From NCBI GenBank assembly GCA_049970495.1, contig JBMFMV010000009.1, positions 1 to 40,306 of the forward strand: a stretch of DNA of 40,306 nt, written 5' to 3'. The stretch is from a bacterium. Lineage in GTDB: Bacteria > DUMJ01. A program made the position numbers and the translations under genes. Position 1 is the stretch's first letter. Each line of letters begins with the position of its first letter. Shown one piece after another: positions 16,346 through 25,223 of this stretch. A model generated the notes under the pieces. That model made no database searches. It was not told the DNA's origin and worked only from the letters and a program-made list of their open reading frames with translations.

Positions 16346-17311
16346 ATAGAAAGATATATAGAGTTTGAAGATACTAAGACCCTAAGGAATCTACTGGGAA
16401 ACTTAGATGAAAATTTAGTTCTTCTTTCTGAAAGGACAAATACAGAGATATTTTTAGTTGAACATGGTTTATGTATAAGGGGTAGAGATGAGGATGTAGA
16501 AAAGACAGTATCTATTGTCGAAGATTTATCCAGGATAGCCCGAAAAGGTCATATGGTGGGTAAAAAGGATATTATTTTGTTGCTTGAATACCCAGAGAAA
16601 GAGTCAGTTAATATAAGTTCTTTAAGAGATGATGTTATCTTAGTAACACCTAGAGGTAAGAGAGTTTTTCCAAAGACTCCAGGTCAAAAAAGATATGTGG
16701 ATACGATGAGAAATTATGACCTTGTCTTTGCTATTGGTCCTGCTGGAACGGGAAAGACTTATCTTGCTATGGCTATGGCATTAGTAGCCCTTAAGAATAA
16801 GTCAGTAGCAAGAATTATACTTACACGTCCGGCTATTGAGGCTGGAGAAAGATTAGGATTTTTACCTGGAGATTTACAAGAAAAGGTAGATCCATATCTT
16901 AGGCCCCTATATGATGCACTTTACGATATGTTAGAAGCAGAAAAGATTCAAAAGTATATGGAAAGGGGCATTATAGAGGTTGCTCCTCTTGCATATATGA
17001 GGGGAAGAACTCTTAATGATGCTTTTGTTATACTTGATGAGGCTCAAAATACTACTCCCGAGCAGATGAAGATGTTTCTGACTAGAATGGGTTTTGGCTC
17101 TAAATATGTAGTTACTGGAGACATAACACAGATAGACCTTCCTTCAGATAGAGAATCAGGACTTATTCAGGCTCAGAGGATACTTAAAGATGTTGAAGGT
17201 TTAGCTTTTGTATATCTGACTGAACAGGATGTAGTTAGACACGATTTGGTTCAAAGAATTATAAAGGCATACAATATTTATGAATCTAATAATAGAGCAA
17301 ATAGGAGATAA
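16346..17311 (+). CDS. phoH: PhoH-like ATPase (YbeZ/PhoH family); probable non-canonical ATA start
   Basis: GPAGTGKT, LTRPA.EAGERLGFLPGDL, EVAPLAYMRGRTL, ILDEAQN, GDITQIDL, DVVRH. The frame stays open upstream of ATG 16553 to a TGA at 16340 and encodes a PhoH-like N-terminus (LLGNLDENL). SD GAGGTGA lies 8 nt before ATA 16346. Confidence 0.9.
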   Translation: MERYIEFEDTKTLRNLLGNLDENLVLLSERTNTEIFLVEHGLCIRGRDEDVEKTVSIVEDLSRIARKGHMVGKKDIILLLEYPEKESVNISSLRDDVILVTPRGKRVFPKTPGQKRYVDTMRNYDLVFAIGPAGTGKTYLAMAMALVALKNKSVARIILTRPAIEAGERLGFLPGDLQEKVDPYLRPLYDALYDMLEAEKIQKYMERGIIEVAPLAYMRGRTLNDAFVILDEAQNTTPEQMKMFLTRMGFGSKYVVTGDITQIDLPSDRESGLIQAQRILKDVEGLAFVYLTEQDVVRHDLVQRIIKAYNIYESNNRANRR

Positions 17312-19385
17312 GTTAATCTCCTATATAAAAAGCTTAGATCTTTTTGCCTCTCAAGTTTTCTCCAAGATTGTAAAGAGTAGAGAAACAGTATGGGTTGTCG
17401 TTTTTCTTTTCTATTTTGGTATTCTTATATCTGATTTTTTACCTACTTCAATAAGTATTAGTATAGGTCAGGTTGCCCCTACAGATATTATTTCTCCTAG
17501 AAGTATAGAGTTTATCGATGTAGAAAGGACAGAACAGCTTAGAGAACAGGCAGTTAGAGAGGTAAAACCTGTCTACGAATTAGATACTATGGTAGAACTA
17601 CAAGCTGTAGATGAGATCTCTCGCTTCTTTAATACTTTAGAGAGGGCTCAAGTCAAAGATTTTGTAGAACTGAAGAAGATATTACCTATAAAATTAACCG
17701 ATGATGTTGTTAAGGTCCTTTTTTCACTTAGACGAGACCAGATGAATAAATTACGAAGTATTGTAATTCAGATAGTTAGAAGAGTTTTGAATAAAGGTAT
17801 ATCGCCACAAAATCTTAGTTTGGTAGACCAGCTTATTCAAAATGAGATTCTTAATATTGATGTACCTCAAGATTTGAAGAATATCTCGAGTATTATATCT
17901 CGGTATTTTATTAGACCAAACCTTTTCCTTAATGTCAATGAGACTTTAAGACGTCAAGAGGAGGCTAAGAATTCTATCCAGCCTATAAAGTATAGAATCT
18001 TAAAGGGTCAAGTCATTGTCAGAAGAGGAGATATAGTAACTAAGGAGCATATGAAATATTTAGATGCTTTAGGCCTTACCAGGAGTCAACCTAATATACC
18101 TGGCATTGTTGGACTTGGTATAATATTACTTCTTAGTGAATTAGTAGTTGTAGAATTTATTAAAAGTTATATCTCTAATATATATAGCGCTATCCATCTA
18201 AATTGGTTAGTGGCAATTATCCTAATTATTGGGCTAATCCTCGTTAAAGGATTTTCTCTTTTGTCTATATACCTAATTCCTCTAGCAACGTTATCAATAC
18301 TATCCACAGTCTTGTTAGATTATAGACTCTCTATCCTTATCCTAGTCTTTTCAGGTATAGTGCCTAATATCTCTAATCCAGATATATTAAGATTCTACCT
18401 ACCGCTATTTATAGGTTCTATAGTGGGGACCTTAGCTACTAAAGACATCACTCAAAGAGGAGATTTAACGAGGGCAGGTCTATTGATCTCTCTGACTCAG
18501 GTTATTGGAGTAGGAGCCATCTCTTTAACAGGATATGGAGACTTAAGAAGTATTGTTTTAAATACCGTATATGCACTAGGTTCAGGTTTATTGTCTTCTA
18601 TTTTAGCCATTGGTCTAATGCCATACTTTGAACACCTATTTCAGATTTTGACTCCAATTAGGCTTACCGAATTGGTAAACTTTACTCAGCCTTTATTAAA
18701 AAGACTTATGTTAGAAGCTCCTGGTACTTATCATCACTCTGTTCTTATAGGTAACCTAGCGGAGTCAGCAGGAGAAGCTTTGGGTGCTAATCTTCCACTT
18801 ATTAGGGCAGGTTCTTACTATCATGATATTGGTAAGGTGAGAAGACCCTATTTCTTTATAGAGAATCAGTTAGGGGGAGAAAACTTGCATGATAAATTAC
18901 CTCCTGGCCTTAGTAGACTCATTATACTACAGCATGTAGATGATGGAGTCATGCTGGCTAAACAGTATAAACTCCCAGAACAGATAATAGACTTTATAAG
19001 AGAACATCATGGTACATCTTTAGTCTCATACTTTTACCATAAGGCACTAAAAGAGAATCCTGATAATGTGAAGGAAGAGGATTATAGATATAAGGGGCCG
19101 AAACCTAGGAGTAAAGAGACAGCTATAGTTATGTTGGCAGATGCTGTGGAAGCGGCAGTTAGGTCTCTTGATCATCCTACTCCTCAGAAGATAGAGAGTA
19201 CAGTTAGGAGTATAATAGAGGAACGTCTAAACGATGGACAGCTAGATGATAGTCCTCTTACCCTTAGAGATATAAATGTTATAGCTGAATCATTTGTTAA
19301 GGTTTTAAATGGACTTTTTCATCCTAGGATAGAATACCCTGAGTTACAAAGGGGGGTAAAAGTTATTGTCCCTAGAAGTAGTTAA
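17280..19385 (+). CDS. pgpH: 7TM-HD phosphohydrolase, PgpH/YqfF family (likely c-di-AMP phosphodiesterase)
   Basis: Large extracytoplasmic domain, multiple TM helices, EAPGTYHHS, YYHDIGK, EHHGT, IVMLADAVEAAVRS. Canonical phoH-pgpH-ybeY context. Confidence 0.9.
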   Translation: MNLIIEQIGDKLISYIKSLDLFASQVFSKIVKSRETVWVVVFLFYFGILISDFLPTSISISIGQVAPTDIISPRSIEFIDVERTEQLREQAVREVKPVYELDTMVELQAVDEISRFFNTLERAQVKDFVELKKILPIKLTDDVVKVLFSLRRDQMNKLRSIVIQIVRRVLNKGISPQNLSLVDQLIQNEILNIDVPQDLKNISSIISRYFIRPNLFLNVNETLRRQEEAKNSIQPIKYRILKGQVIVRRGDIVTKEHMKYLDALGLTRSQPNIPGIVGLGIILLLSELVVVEFIKSYISNIYSAIHLNWLVAIILIIGLILVKGFSLLSIYLIPLATLSILSTVLLDYRLSILILVFSGIVPNISNPDILRFYLPLFIGSIVGTLATKDITQRGDLTRAGLLISLTQVIGVGAISLTGYGDLRSIVLNTVYALGSGLLSSILAIGLMPYFEHLFQILTPIRLTELVNFTQPLLKRLMLEAPGTYHHSVLIGNLAESAGEALGANLPLIRAGSYYHDIGKVRRPYFFIENQLGGENLHDKLPPGLSRLIILQHVDDGVMLAKQYKLPEQIIDFIREHHGTSLVSYFYHKALKENPDNVKEEDYRYKGPKPRSKETAIVMLADAVEAAVRSLDHPTPQKIESTVRSIIEERLNDGQLDDSPLTLRDINVIAESFVKVLNGLFHPRIEYPELQRGVKVIVPRSS

Positions 19386-19767
19386 TATACATCCAAATAT
19401 AAGGTTTAATAAAAGTAAACTAAAAAAGTTTATCAGAGAGAAACTTAAAGAGCTTAATGTTAAAGCAAAAGAGGTAAACATAGTCTTGACTGACGATGAA
19501 TATATTAAGAATCTCAATAGGCACTATAGAGGAATAGATTCTGCAACTGATGTGCTTAGCTTTTCCATGGATGAGACTCAATTATGGGGAGATATCTATA
19601 TATCTCTAGATACAGCTCTTAGGCAGGCAGAAGGACAAGGATGGGATTTAGAGGAAGAAGTAAAATTTTTAGCCATACATGGTCTTTTACATTTATTGGG
19701 TTATAATGATGAGGATGAAGAAGGTTATAGGACTATGATGCAACTTACTAATAAGCTTTTAGCTTAA
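19366..19767 (+). CDS. ybeY: rRNA maturation endoribonuclease YbeY
   Basis: LNRHYRGIDSATDVLSF, GDIYIS, IHGLLHLLGYND. The third His of the HxxxHxxGxxH motif appears altered. Confidence 0.92.
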   Translation: MSLEVVNIHPNIRFNKSKLKKFIREKLKELNVKAKEVNIVLTDDEYIKNLNRHYRGIDSATDVLSFSMDETQLWGDIYISLDTALRQAEGQGWDLEEEVKFLAIHGLLHLLGYNDEDEEGYRTMMQLTNKLLA

Positions 19768-19770
19768 CTT

Positions 19771-20472
19771 ATGTCAAAGGCTCGGTCTTTTACAGAAAGT
19801 GTTGATTTGGCTATTCAAGGAATAGTATCAGCCTTTAAAAAGGAAAGGAACTTCAGATTAGATATCCTTTTTGCAGGTATTGTTATACTTTGTGGTATAA
19901 TTTTGAATTTTACTAGGGTAGAACTAGCTATACTCTTTTTTGTTGTGACCTTAGTACTTTCTGCAGAACTTTTTAATACCGCTGTTGAGAAGCTCTTAGA
20001 TGTAGTAAATGATAAGTTTGACCCTAGGATAAAGTTTGTTAAGGATGTGTCTGCTGGTGCAGTTTTAATTACAGTTATATCTTCTATAGTCATAGGTTAT
20101 CTTATATTCTATCCACATCTAGACCTACCATTTAAGCTTACTGTTAGGGCGTTAAGGTCAATTCCTTATCATTTAGTTGTTGCGGGTATTATCCTAGTGA
20201 TAATCACAGTTATAATCCTTAAGAGTTTAGCCGGGGATAGGTTTTTAAGAGGTGGGATTGTTAGTGGACACTCTGCTGTGGCTTTTAGTATAGCTATTGC
20301 TATTATCTATCTTTCTAACTCTTTAGCGGTAAGCATCTTGGGTTTTATCCTTGCTATAATGGTTGCTCAGAGTAGAGTTGAAGGGAAGATTCATTCCCTA
20401 AGAGAAGTGATATTAGGGTCTTTTTTAGGTATAATAGTAATGTTAACAATATTCAAGTTCCTTCTTAGGTAG
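19771..20472 (+). CDS. dgkA: DgkA-family (diacylglycerol/undecaprenol) kinase fused to a PAP2-like domain
   Basis: ERNFR, AELFNTAVEKLLD, KDVSAGAVL, then SGHSAVAFS and QSRVEGKIH..REVILG. Confidence 0.87.
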   Translation: MSKARSFTESVDLAIQGIVSAFKKERNFRLDILFAGIVILCGIILNFTRVELAILFFVVTLVLSAELFNTAVEKLLDVVNDKFDPRIKFVKDVSAGAVLITVISSIVIGYLIFYPHLDLPFKLTVRALRSIPYHLVVAGIILVIITVIILKSLAGDRFLRGGIVSGHSAVAFSIAIAIIYLSNSLAVSILGFILAIMVAQSRVEGKIHSLREVILGSFLGIIVMLTIFKFLLR

Positions 20473-20487
20473 GAGGGGAATGACTCA

Positions 20488-21798
20488 TTGGAAGGCGGTG
20501 GTAGTTTTTGGCTTGACTATATCTTAATGTTTCTTTTCCTTTCCCTATCTGCGTATTTTATGAGTTCTGAGACAGCTATAACGGCAGTAAGTAAGGCAAA
20601 ACTTAGGCAGTTAGAGAATGAAGGGGATGAAAGGGCTAAAAGGTTAAATAATCTTCTAAAAGATTCTACTAGACTCCTTTCTACTATACTTCTTGGAAAT
20701 AATATTGCTCAAAATGCCTTGACTGCACTCTTAACTGCTGTGACTTTTAGATGGTTAGGTAGTTTAAATTTAAATCCTGGCTGGGCTATTCCAATTTCTA
20801 CAATTATTTCTACCTTTCTTATATTGATCTTTGCCGAAGTGACCCCTAAGTCTTATGCCTTCCAAAGAGCAGAGAAGGTAGCTCTATTTACTGCTATCCC
20901 TCTTTCTTTGCTCCATAAAATCTTTTATCCTGTAGCTATAGTTATGACAACAATAGCCAATTTACTACTTAGGCTCTTTGGACTAAGGTTAGTAAATCCC
21001 GAACCATTTGTGACTGAAGAAGAGATAAAGGCTTTAGTAGATATAGGGGAAGAGGAGGGAATAATAGAAGAGGAAGAAAGAGAGATTATAGAGGGTGTAT
21101 TCGAGTTCTCCGAAACTTTGGCTAGAGAAGTTATGGTCCCTAGAGTTGATATAGTGGCCTTAGATGTAAATTCGACTTTCGAAGAAGTTATAGATACGAT
21201 AAATATGAGTGGACATTCTAGAATTCCTGTCTATGAAGAGACCATCGATAATATAGTAGGTATCTTATATGCTAAGGATCTGCTAAAATATTTTGGATTA
21301 AAGAATCCTCCCCCTTTGAGATCTATTATGAGAGCTCCATACTATGTACCTGAGACTAAACCGATTGATGAACTCTTTAAAGAGATGAGGGCTCAGAAGA
21401 TTCATATGGCTATTATAATAGATGAGTACGGTGGCACTGCTGGGATAGTGACTATAGAGGATATACTTGAAGAACTAGTAGGAGAGATAATGGACGAGTA
21501 TGATATAAATGAAGAGTCTATGGTAAAAGAGATCAGCTCTGATGAGCTTATTGTAGATGGTAGGATGAATCTTGAAGAATTGAATGAGATACTTGGTGTG
21601 GAGCTTCCTGCAGAGGAGACAGATACGATAGCTGGTTTTGTGTATGACCGTATAAGTCATATCCCCAAGCCGGGTGAAGAGGTTGAGTATGATGGTGTAC
21701 TGATTAGAGTGGAAGAGGTTAGAGGGAGAAGGATTACAAAACTAAGGATAAAAAGGATAGATAGAGGGGAAGAAGATGAAAGAGAAGAAGATGATTGA
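20488..21798 (+). CDS. CNNM/CorB-type hemolysin-family protein (DUF21-CBS pair-CorC_HlyC), Mg2+/Co2+ transport
   Basis: SAYFMSSETA, LSTILLGNN, FAEVTPK, VMVPRVDI, HSRIPVY, DEYGGTAGIVTIEDILEELVGEI.DEYD. Confidence 0.93.
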   Translation: MEGGGSFWLDYILMFLFLSLSAYFMSSETAITAVSKAKLRQLENEGDERAKRLNNLLKDSTRLLSTILLGNNIAQNALTALLTAVTFRWLGSLNLNPGWAIPISTIISTFLILIFAEVTPKSYAFQRAEKVALFTAIPLSLLHKIFYPVAIVMTTIANLLLRLFGLRLVNPEPFVTEEEIKALVDIGEEEGIIEEEEREIIEGVFEFSETLAREVMVPRVDIVALDVNSTFEEVIDTINMSGHSRIPVYEETIDNIVGILYAKDLLKYFGLKNPPPLRSIMRAPYYVPETKPIDELFKEMRAQKIHMAIIIDEYGGTAGIVTIEDILEELVGEIMDEYDINEESMVKEISSDELIVDGRMNLEELNEILGVELPAEETDTIAGFVYDRISHIPKPGEEVEYDGVLIRVEEVRGRRITKLRIKRIDRGEEDEREEDD

Positions 21799-22171
21799 TA
21801 TGGCAAGAGAGGTTTTAAACAATGCATACGCTCCATATTCTAGATATAAAGTGGGTGCAGTTGTAGAGGGATCTTCAGGGAAACTTTATACAGGTTGTAA
21901 TGTTGAGAATATATCTTTTAGCCTCACTATATGCGCAGAAAGGGTAGCTATCTTTAAAGGAATATCGGATGGCGAAAAGAGTTTTACTAGAATAGTAATC
22001 ATTTCCGATGATAACTCTATCCCTACTCCGTGTGGTGCGTGTCTTCAGGTTATGAGCGAATTTTCAGATAAAGACTTAGAGATTATTGTCTCTTCTAAAG
22101 ATGGTAAGCTGGAGAGATACAAATTGTCTGAGCTTTTACCAAATCCCTTTAAATTTAACAGTGGAAGGTAG
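21776..22171 (+). CDS. cdd: Cytidine deaminase (homotetrameric type)
   Basis: AYAPYSRYKVGA, GCNVEN, CAER, PCGACLQ, LSELLP..F. Confidence 0.96.
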   Translation: MKEKKMIDMAREVLNNAYAPYSRYKVGAVVEGSSGKLYTGCNVENISFSLTICAERVAIFKGISDGEKSFTRIVIISDDNSIPTPCGACLQVMSEFSDKDLEIIVSSKDGKLERYKLSELLPNPFKFNSGR

Positions 22172-22180
22172 GTGAGAAGA

Positions 22181-23521
22181 ATGATTTATGAGTTTCCGAA
22201 AGATTTTGTCTGGGGTTGTGCCACTGCTGCTTATCAGATAGAAGGGGCTTTTAATGAGGATGGTAAAGGACCTTCTATCTGGGATACCTTTACTCATATT
22301 CCAGGTAATATTATAGATGGTTCCAATGGTGATGTAGCTTGTGACCACTATCATAGATATACTGAAGATATAGAACTTATGAAGTCTCTTAATCTTAAAG
22401 GTTATAGATTTTCTATCTCCTGGCCTAGGATATTCCCAGAAGGTAGGGGAACTATAAATAAAAAGGGTCTAGATTTCTACAAGAAACTAGTCGATGGGCT
22501 TCTTTCTAAAGATATTATCCCATTTGCCACTATGTATCATTGGGACTTACCACAGGCTCTAGAAGATAAAGGTGGGTGGGGTAATCTTGATACCAGTAAG
22601 TACTTTGCAGATTATGCTTACACTCTCTTTAAAGAACTAGGTGATGCAATACCTTTTTGGATTACTCTTAATGAGCCAGCAGTATTTACCTATCTAGGTT
22701 ATGGTATAGGCATACATGCACCTGGAAAGAAGGATTTCTCTTTAGCAATTAAGGCTACTTACTCTGCACTTCTTGCTCATGGCTTAGCTATTGAAGCTTA
22801 TAGAGCCTTAGGGATTAAAGGGCAGATTGGTATAACTTTGAACCTTACACCTATGCACCCTGCTTCTAATAAGGAAGAAGATATCCTTTCTGCTAATAAA
22901 ATGGACCTTATGTGGAATAAATGGTTCCTTGACCCGATACTTAAAGGTTCTTTTCCTCAAGAGTTTATTGATATCCTTTTGGAGAATAAGATTAAATTTG
23001 AAATCGACCCTGAGCATATAAAGAAGATAAACTCAAAGATAGACTTCTTGGGTGTTAACTACTATACAAGAAATATTGTGGCATATGATTCTAATGTTCC
23101 CATTATTTGTGCTCGTACTATAGAACCAGCTATTAATAAGACTGAGATGGGTTGGGAGATATATCCTGAAGGGTTATACGAACTTTTATCCTCTATAAAG
23201 AAGGAGTATGGAGATATTCTCCTATATATAACAGAAAATGGCGCTGCGTTTAAAGATGAATTAATTAATGAAAAGGTTGAGGATCCAAGAAGAGTTGATT
23301 ATCTAAGAAGGCACTTTTATCAGGCATATAAAGCTATAAATGATGGGGTAAATTTAAAAGGCTACTTTGTCTGGTCCCTTATGGATAATTTTGAGTGGGC
23401 ATTTGGCTATACTAAACGCTTTGGGATAGTCTATGTAGATTATCCTACGCAAAAAAGGATTATAAAAAGAAGTGGATACTACTACAGAGAAGTGATTGAA
23501 AAGAACGGGGTAGAGCTCTAG
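22181..23521 (+). CDS. bglA: GH1 beta-glucosidase
   Basis: FVWGCATAAYQIEGA, DHYHRY, TLNEP (acid/base), ITENG (nucleophile), WSLMDNFEWAFGY. ATG 22181 follows SD AGGTGA; the ORF track starts at GTG 22172. Confidence 0.95.
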   Translation: MIYEFPKDFVWGCATAAYQIEGAFNEDGKGPSIWDTFTHIPGNIIDGSNGDVACDHYHRYTEDIELMKSLNLKGYRFSISWPRIFPEGRGTINKKGLDFYKKLVDGLLSKDIIPFATMYHWDLPQALEDKGGWGNLDTSKYFADYAYTLFKELGDAIPFWITLNEPAVFTYLGYGIGIHAPGKKDFSLAIKATYSALLAHGLAIEAYRALGIKGQIGITLNLTPMHPASNKEEDILSANKMDLMWNKWFLDPILKGSFPQEFIDILLENKIKFEIDPEHIKKINSKIDFLGVNYYTRNIVAYDSNVPIICARTIEPAINKTEMGWEIYPEGLYELLSSIKKEYGDILLYITENGAAFKDELINEKVEDPRRVDYLRRHFYQAYKAINDGVNLKGYFVWSLMDNFEWAFGYTKRFGIVYVDYPTQKRIIKRSGYYYREVIEKNGVEL

Positions 23522-23533
23522 GTAGAGCTCTAC
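23509..23533. repeat. 12-bp tandem duplication of a palindrome-containing unit between convergent bglA and fabI; probable terminator hairpin
   Basis: GGTAGAGCTCTA at 23509-23520 and 23521-23532. Each copy contains the 10-bp palindrome TAGAGCTCTA. Confidence 0.75.
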
Positions 23534-24297
23534 ATCCCCATTATATTGTATCCTGCATCTACATATATAGTTTCTCCCGTTATACCTGAACTAAGATTAC
23601 TTAGTAGAAAAACTGCAGTATCTCCTACTTCTCTATGTTCAATGTTTCTTTTAAGTGGAGCCCTTTCTTTATGAAGCTTTAGCATATCTACAAAGCCAGA
23701 TATCCCTCTTGCAGCTAAAGTACTCAATGGTCCAGGTGATATTGCGTTTACTCTTATACTATCTTTTCCTAATTCATATGCTATATATCTTACACTAGCT
23801 TCTAGAGCTGATTTGGCAATACCCATAACATTGTAGTTTGGTATTACTTTTTCTGAGCCATAATAGGTTAGCGTAATTATAGAACCACCAGGATTTATCA
23901 ATTCTCTAAATATCCTAGACATAGCAATAAAAGAATAGGTACTTATCTCTAATGCAGTTCTAAATGCCTCCCTACTAGTCTCTATAAATGGAAATTTTAG
24001 AGCATCTGTAGGTGCGTAAGCTATAGAGTGAACTAATCCGTCAATCTTACCTATCTCATTCTCTATTTTCCTTTTTGCCTCTTCTATCTTTTCGTCACTA
24101 CTTACATCAAATTCCACAACTAGAGGTTTAGGTGTCAAGTTACTTATAAGTTCTTCTATATTCTCTCTAAATCTCTCATTCTGGTAACCTATTATTACTT
24201 CTCCCCCATAATTCATTATAGATTGGGCTATTGCCCATGCTATGCTCTTTTTATTAGCTACATTAAATACCGCTATCTTTTTATCCTTTAATATCAT
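23530..24297 (-). CDS. fabI: Enoyl-ACP reductase FabI
   Basis: VANKKSIAWAIA, LVHSIAYAP, TLTYYGSEKVIPNYNVMGIAKSALEASVRY, VNAISPGP..TLAA, ITGETIYVDAG. Confidence 0.96.
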   Translation of the reverse strand: MILKDKKIAVFNVANKKSIAWAIAQSIMNYGGEVIIGYQNERFRENIEELISNLTPKPLVVEFDVSSDEKIEEAKRKIENEIGKIDGLVHSIAYAPTDALKFPFIETSREAFRTALEISTYSFIAMSRIFRELINPGGSIITLTYYGSEKVIPNYNVMGIAKSALEASVRYIAYELGKDSIRVNAISPGPLSTLAARGISGFVDMLKLHKERAPLKRNIEHREVGDTAVFLLSNLSSGITGETIYVDAGYNIMGM

Positions 24298-25223
24298 ACA
24301 CCTCTCCTTTCTATAGCTCTAGGATGAGTCATTTCAAACTCCTCTCTTAATCTTCTATTAGATACATGTGTATAGATCTGGGTAGTAGAAATACTAGAGT
24401 GACCTAGAAGTTCTTGTACGACCCTTAGGTCCGCCCCATTATCCAAGAGATGGGTAGCAAATGAATGTCTTAAAGTGTGGGGACTTATATCCAAGCCTAC
24501 ATTATTAGCAAATTGTTTTACTATAAACCAGATGCTTTGTCTTGTTAAACCTTTGTTTCTGCTATTTAGAAATAGTCTCTTTTCCTTTATATGTTTTCTT
24601 TGACTTAGATATTCTCTAAGAGCAGATATCGCTTTTGACCCTAGAGGTACTATTCTCTCTTTATTTCCTTTACCCTTTACTCTTATAAAGCCTTCTTCTA
24701 GGTTTACATCATTAATAGTTAGGTTTACTATTTCACTTACTCTAAGTCCACAAGAATAGAGGAGTTCTAAGATAGACCTCTCCCTAGCATACTCCTGCTG
24801 TTGGAGTAATGGTTGTTCTAATAACTCTTTTATCTGGTCCTCGAATAGTACCTTTGGTATCTTTTTCTCTTTTTTGGGAGTATCCAAGAAAGAGACTAAG
24901 TCTTCCTTGATTATCCCCTCGTTTAATAGATACTTAAAGAATGTCCTTATAGATGCTAATTTTCTTATTATGGTGTTATTTGTAAAGCCTCTCTCAGAAA
25001 GCATATTTATAAACTGAGCGATATATTCTTTAGTAGCTTTTAGCAGAGAGCTGTTTCTCTCTTCCAAAAACTGAGAAAGTTCTATAAGATCAATCCTATA
25101 AGAGGAAAGGGTATTTTTAGAATAGCCTCTCTCATAGAGTAAAAAAGACAGGAACTTTTCTATATAGTAGTCATCAGAATAATGATAGTTGCCTCTGTCT
25201 CTTTTCTTCGACGACCTTTCCAT
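24294..25223 (-). CDS. xerD: Site-specific tyrosine recombinase XerD
   Basis: ERGYSKNTLSSY..DL, ELLYSCGLRVSE, GKGNKERIVP, SPHTLRHSFATHLLDNGADLRVVQELLGH..ISTTQIYTHV...HPRA. nudF-endoQ-xerD context; SD GGAGGA. Confidence 0.93.
   Translation of the reverse strand: MERSSKKRDRGNYHYSDDYYIEKFLSFLLYERGYSKNTLSSYRIDLIELSQFLEERNSSLLKATKEYIAQFINMLSERGFTNNTIIRKLASIRTFFKYLLNEGIIKEDLVSFLDTPKKEKKIPKVLFEDQIKELLEQPLLQQQEYARERSILELLYSCGLRVSEIVNLTINDVNLEEGFIRVKGKGNKERIVPLGSKAISALREYLSQRKHIKEKRLFLNSRNKGLTRQSIWFIVKQFANNVGLDISPHTLRHSFATHLLDNGADLRVVQELLGHSSISTTQIYTHVSNRRLREEFEMTHPRAIERRGV

Noticed and set aside
21776..22171. cdd as the editor of C33 in the upstream tRNA-Arg
   Set aside because: It is a typical free-nucleoside cytidine deaminase in its usual phoH-ybeY-dgkA-cdd context, with no RNA-binding (e.g. 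THUMP) domain.
24294..25223. Tyrosine recombinase as a phage or island integrase
   Set aside because: It has XerD-type motifs (C-terminal HPRA) and the housekeeping nudF-endoQ-xerD context, with no mobile cargo.
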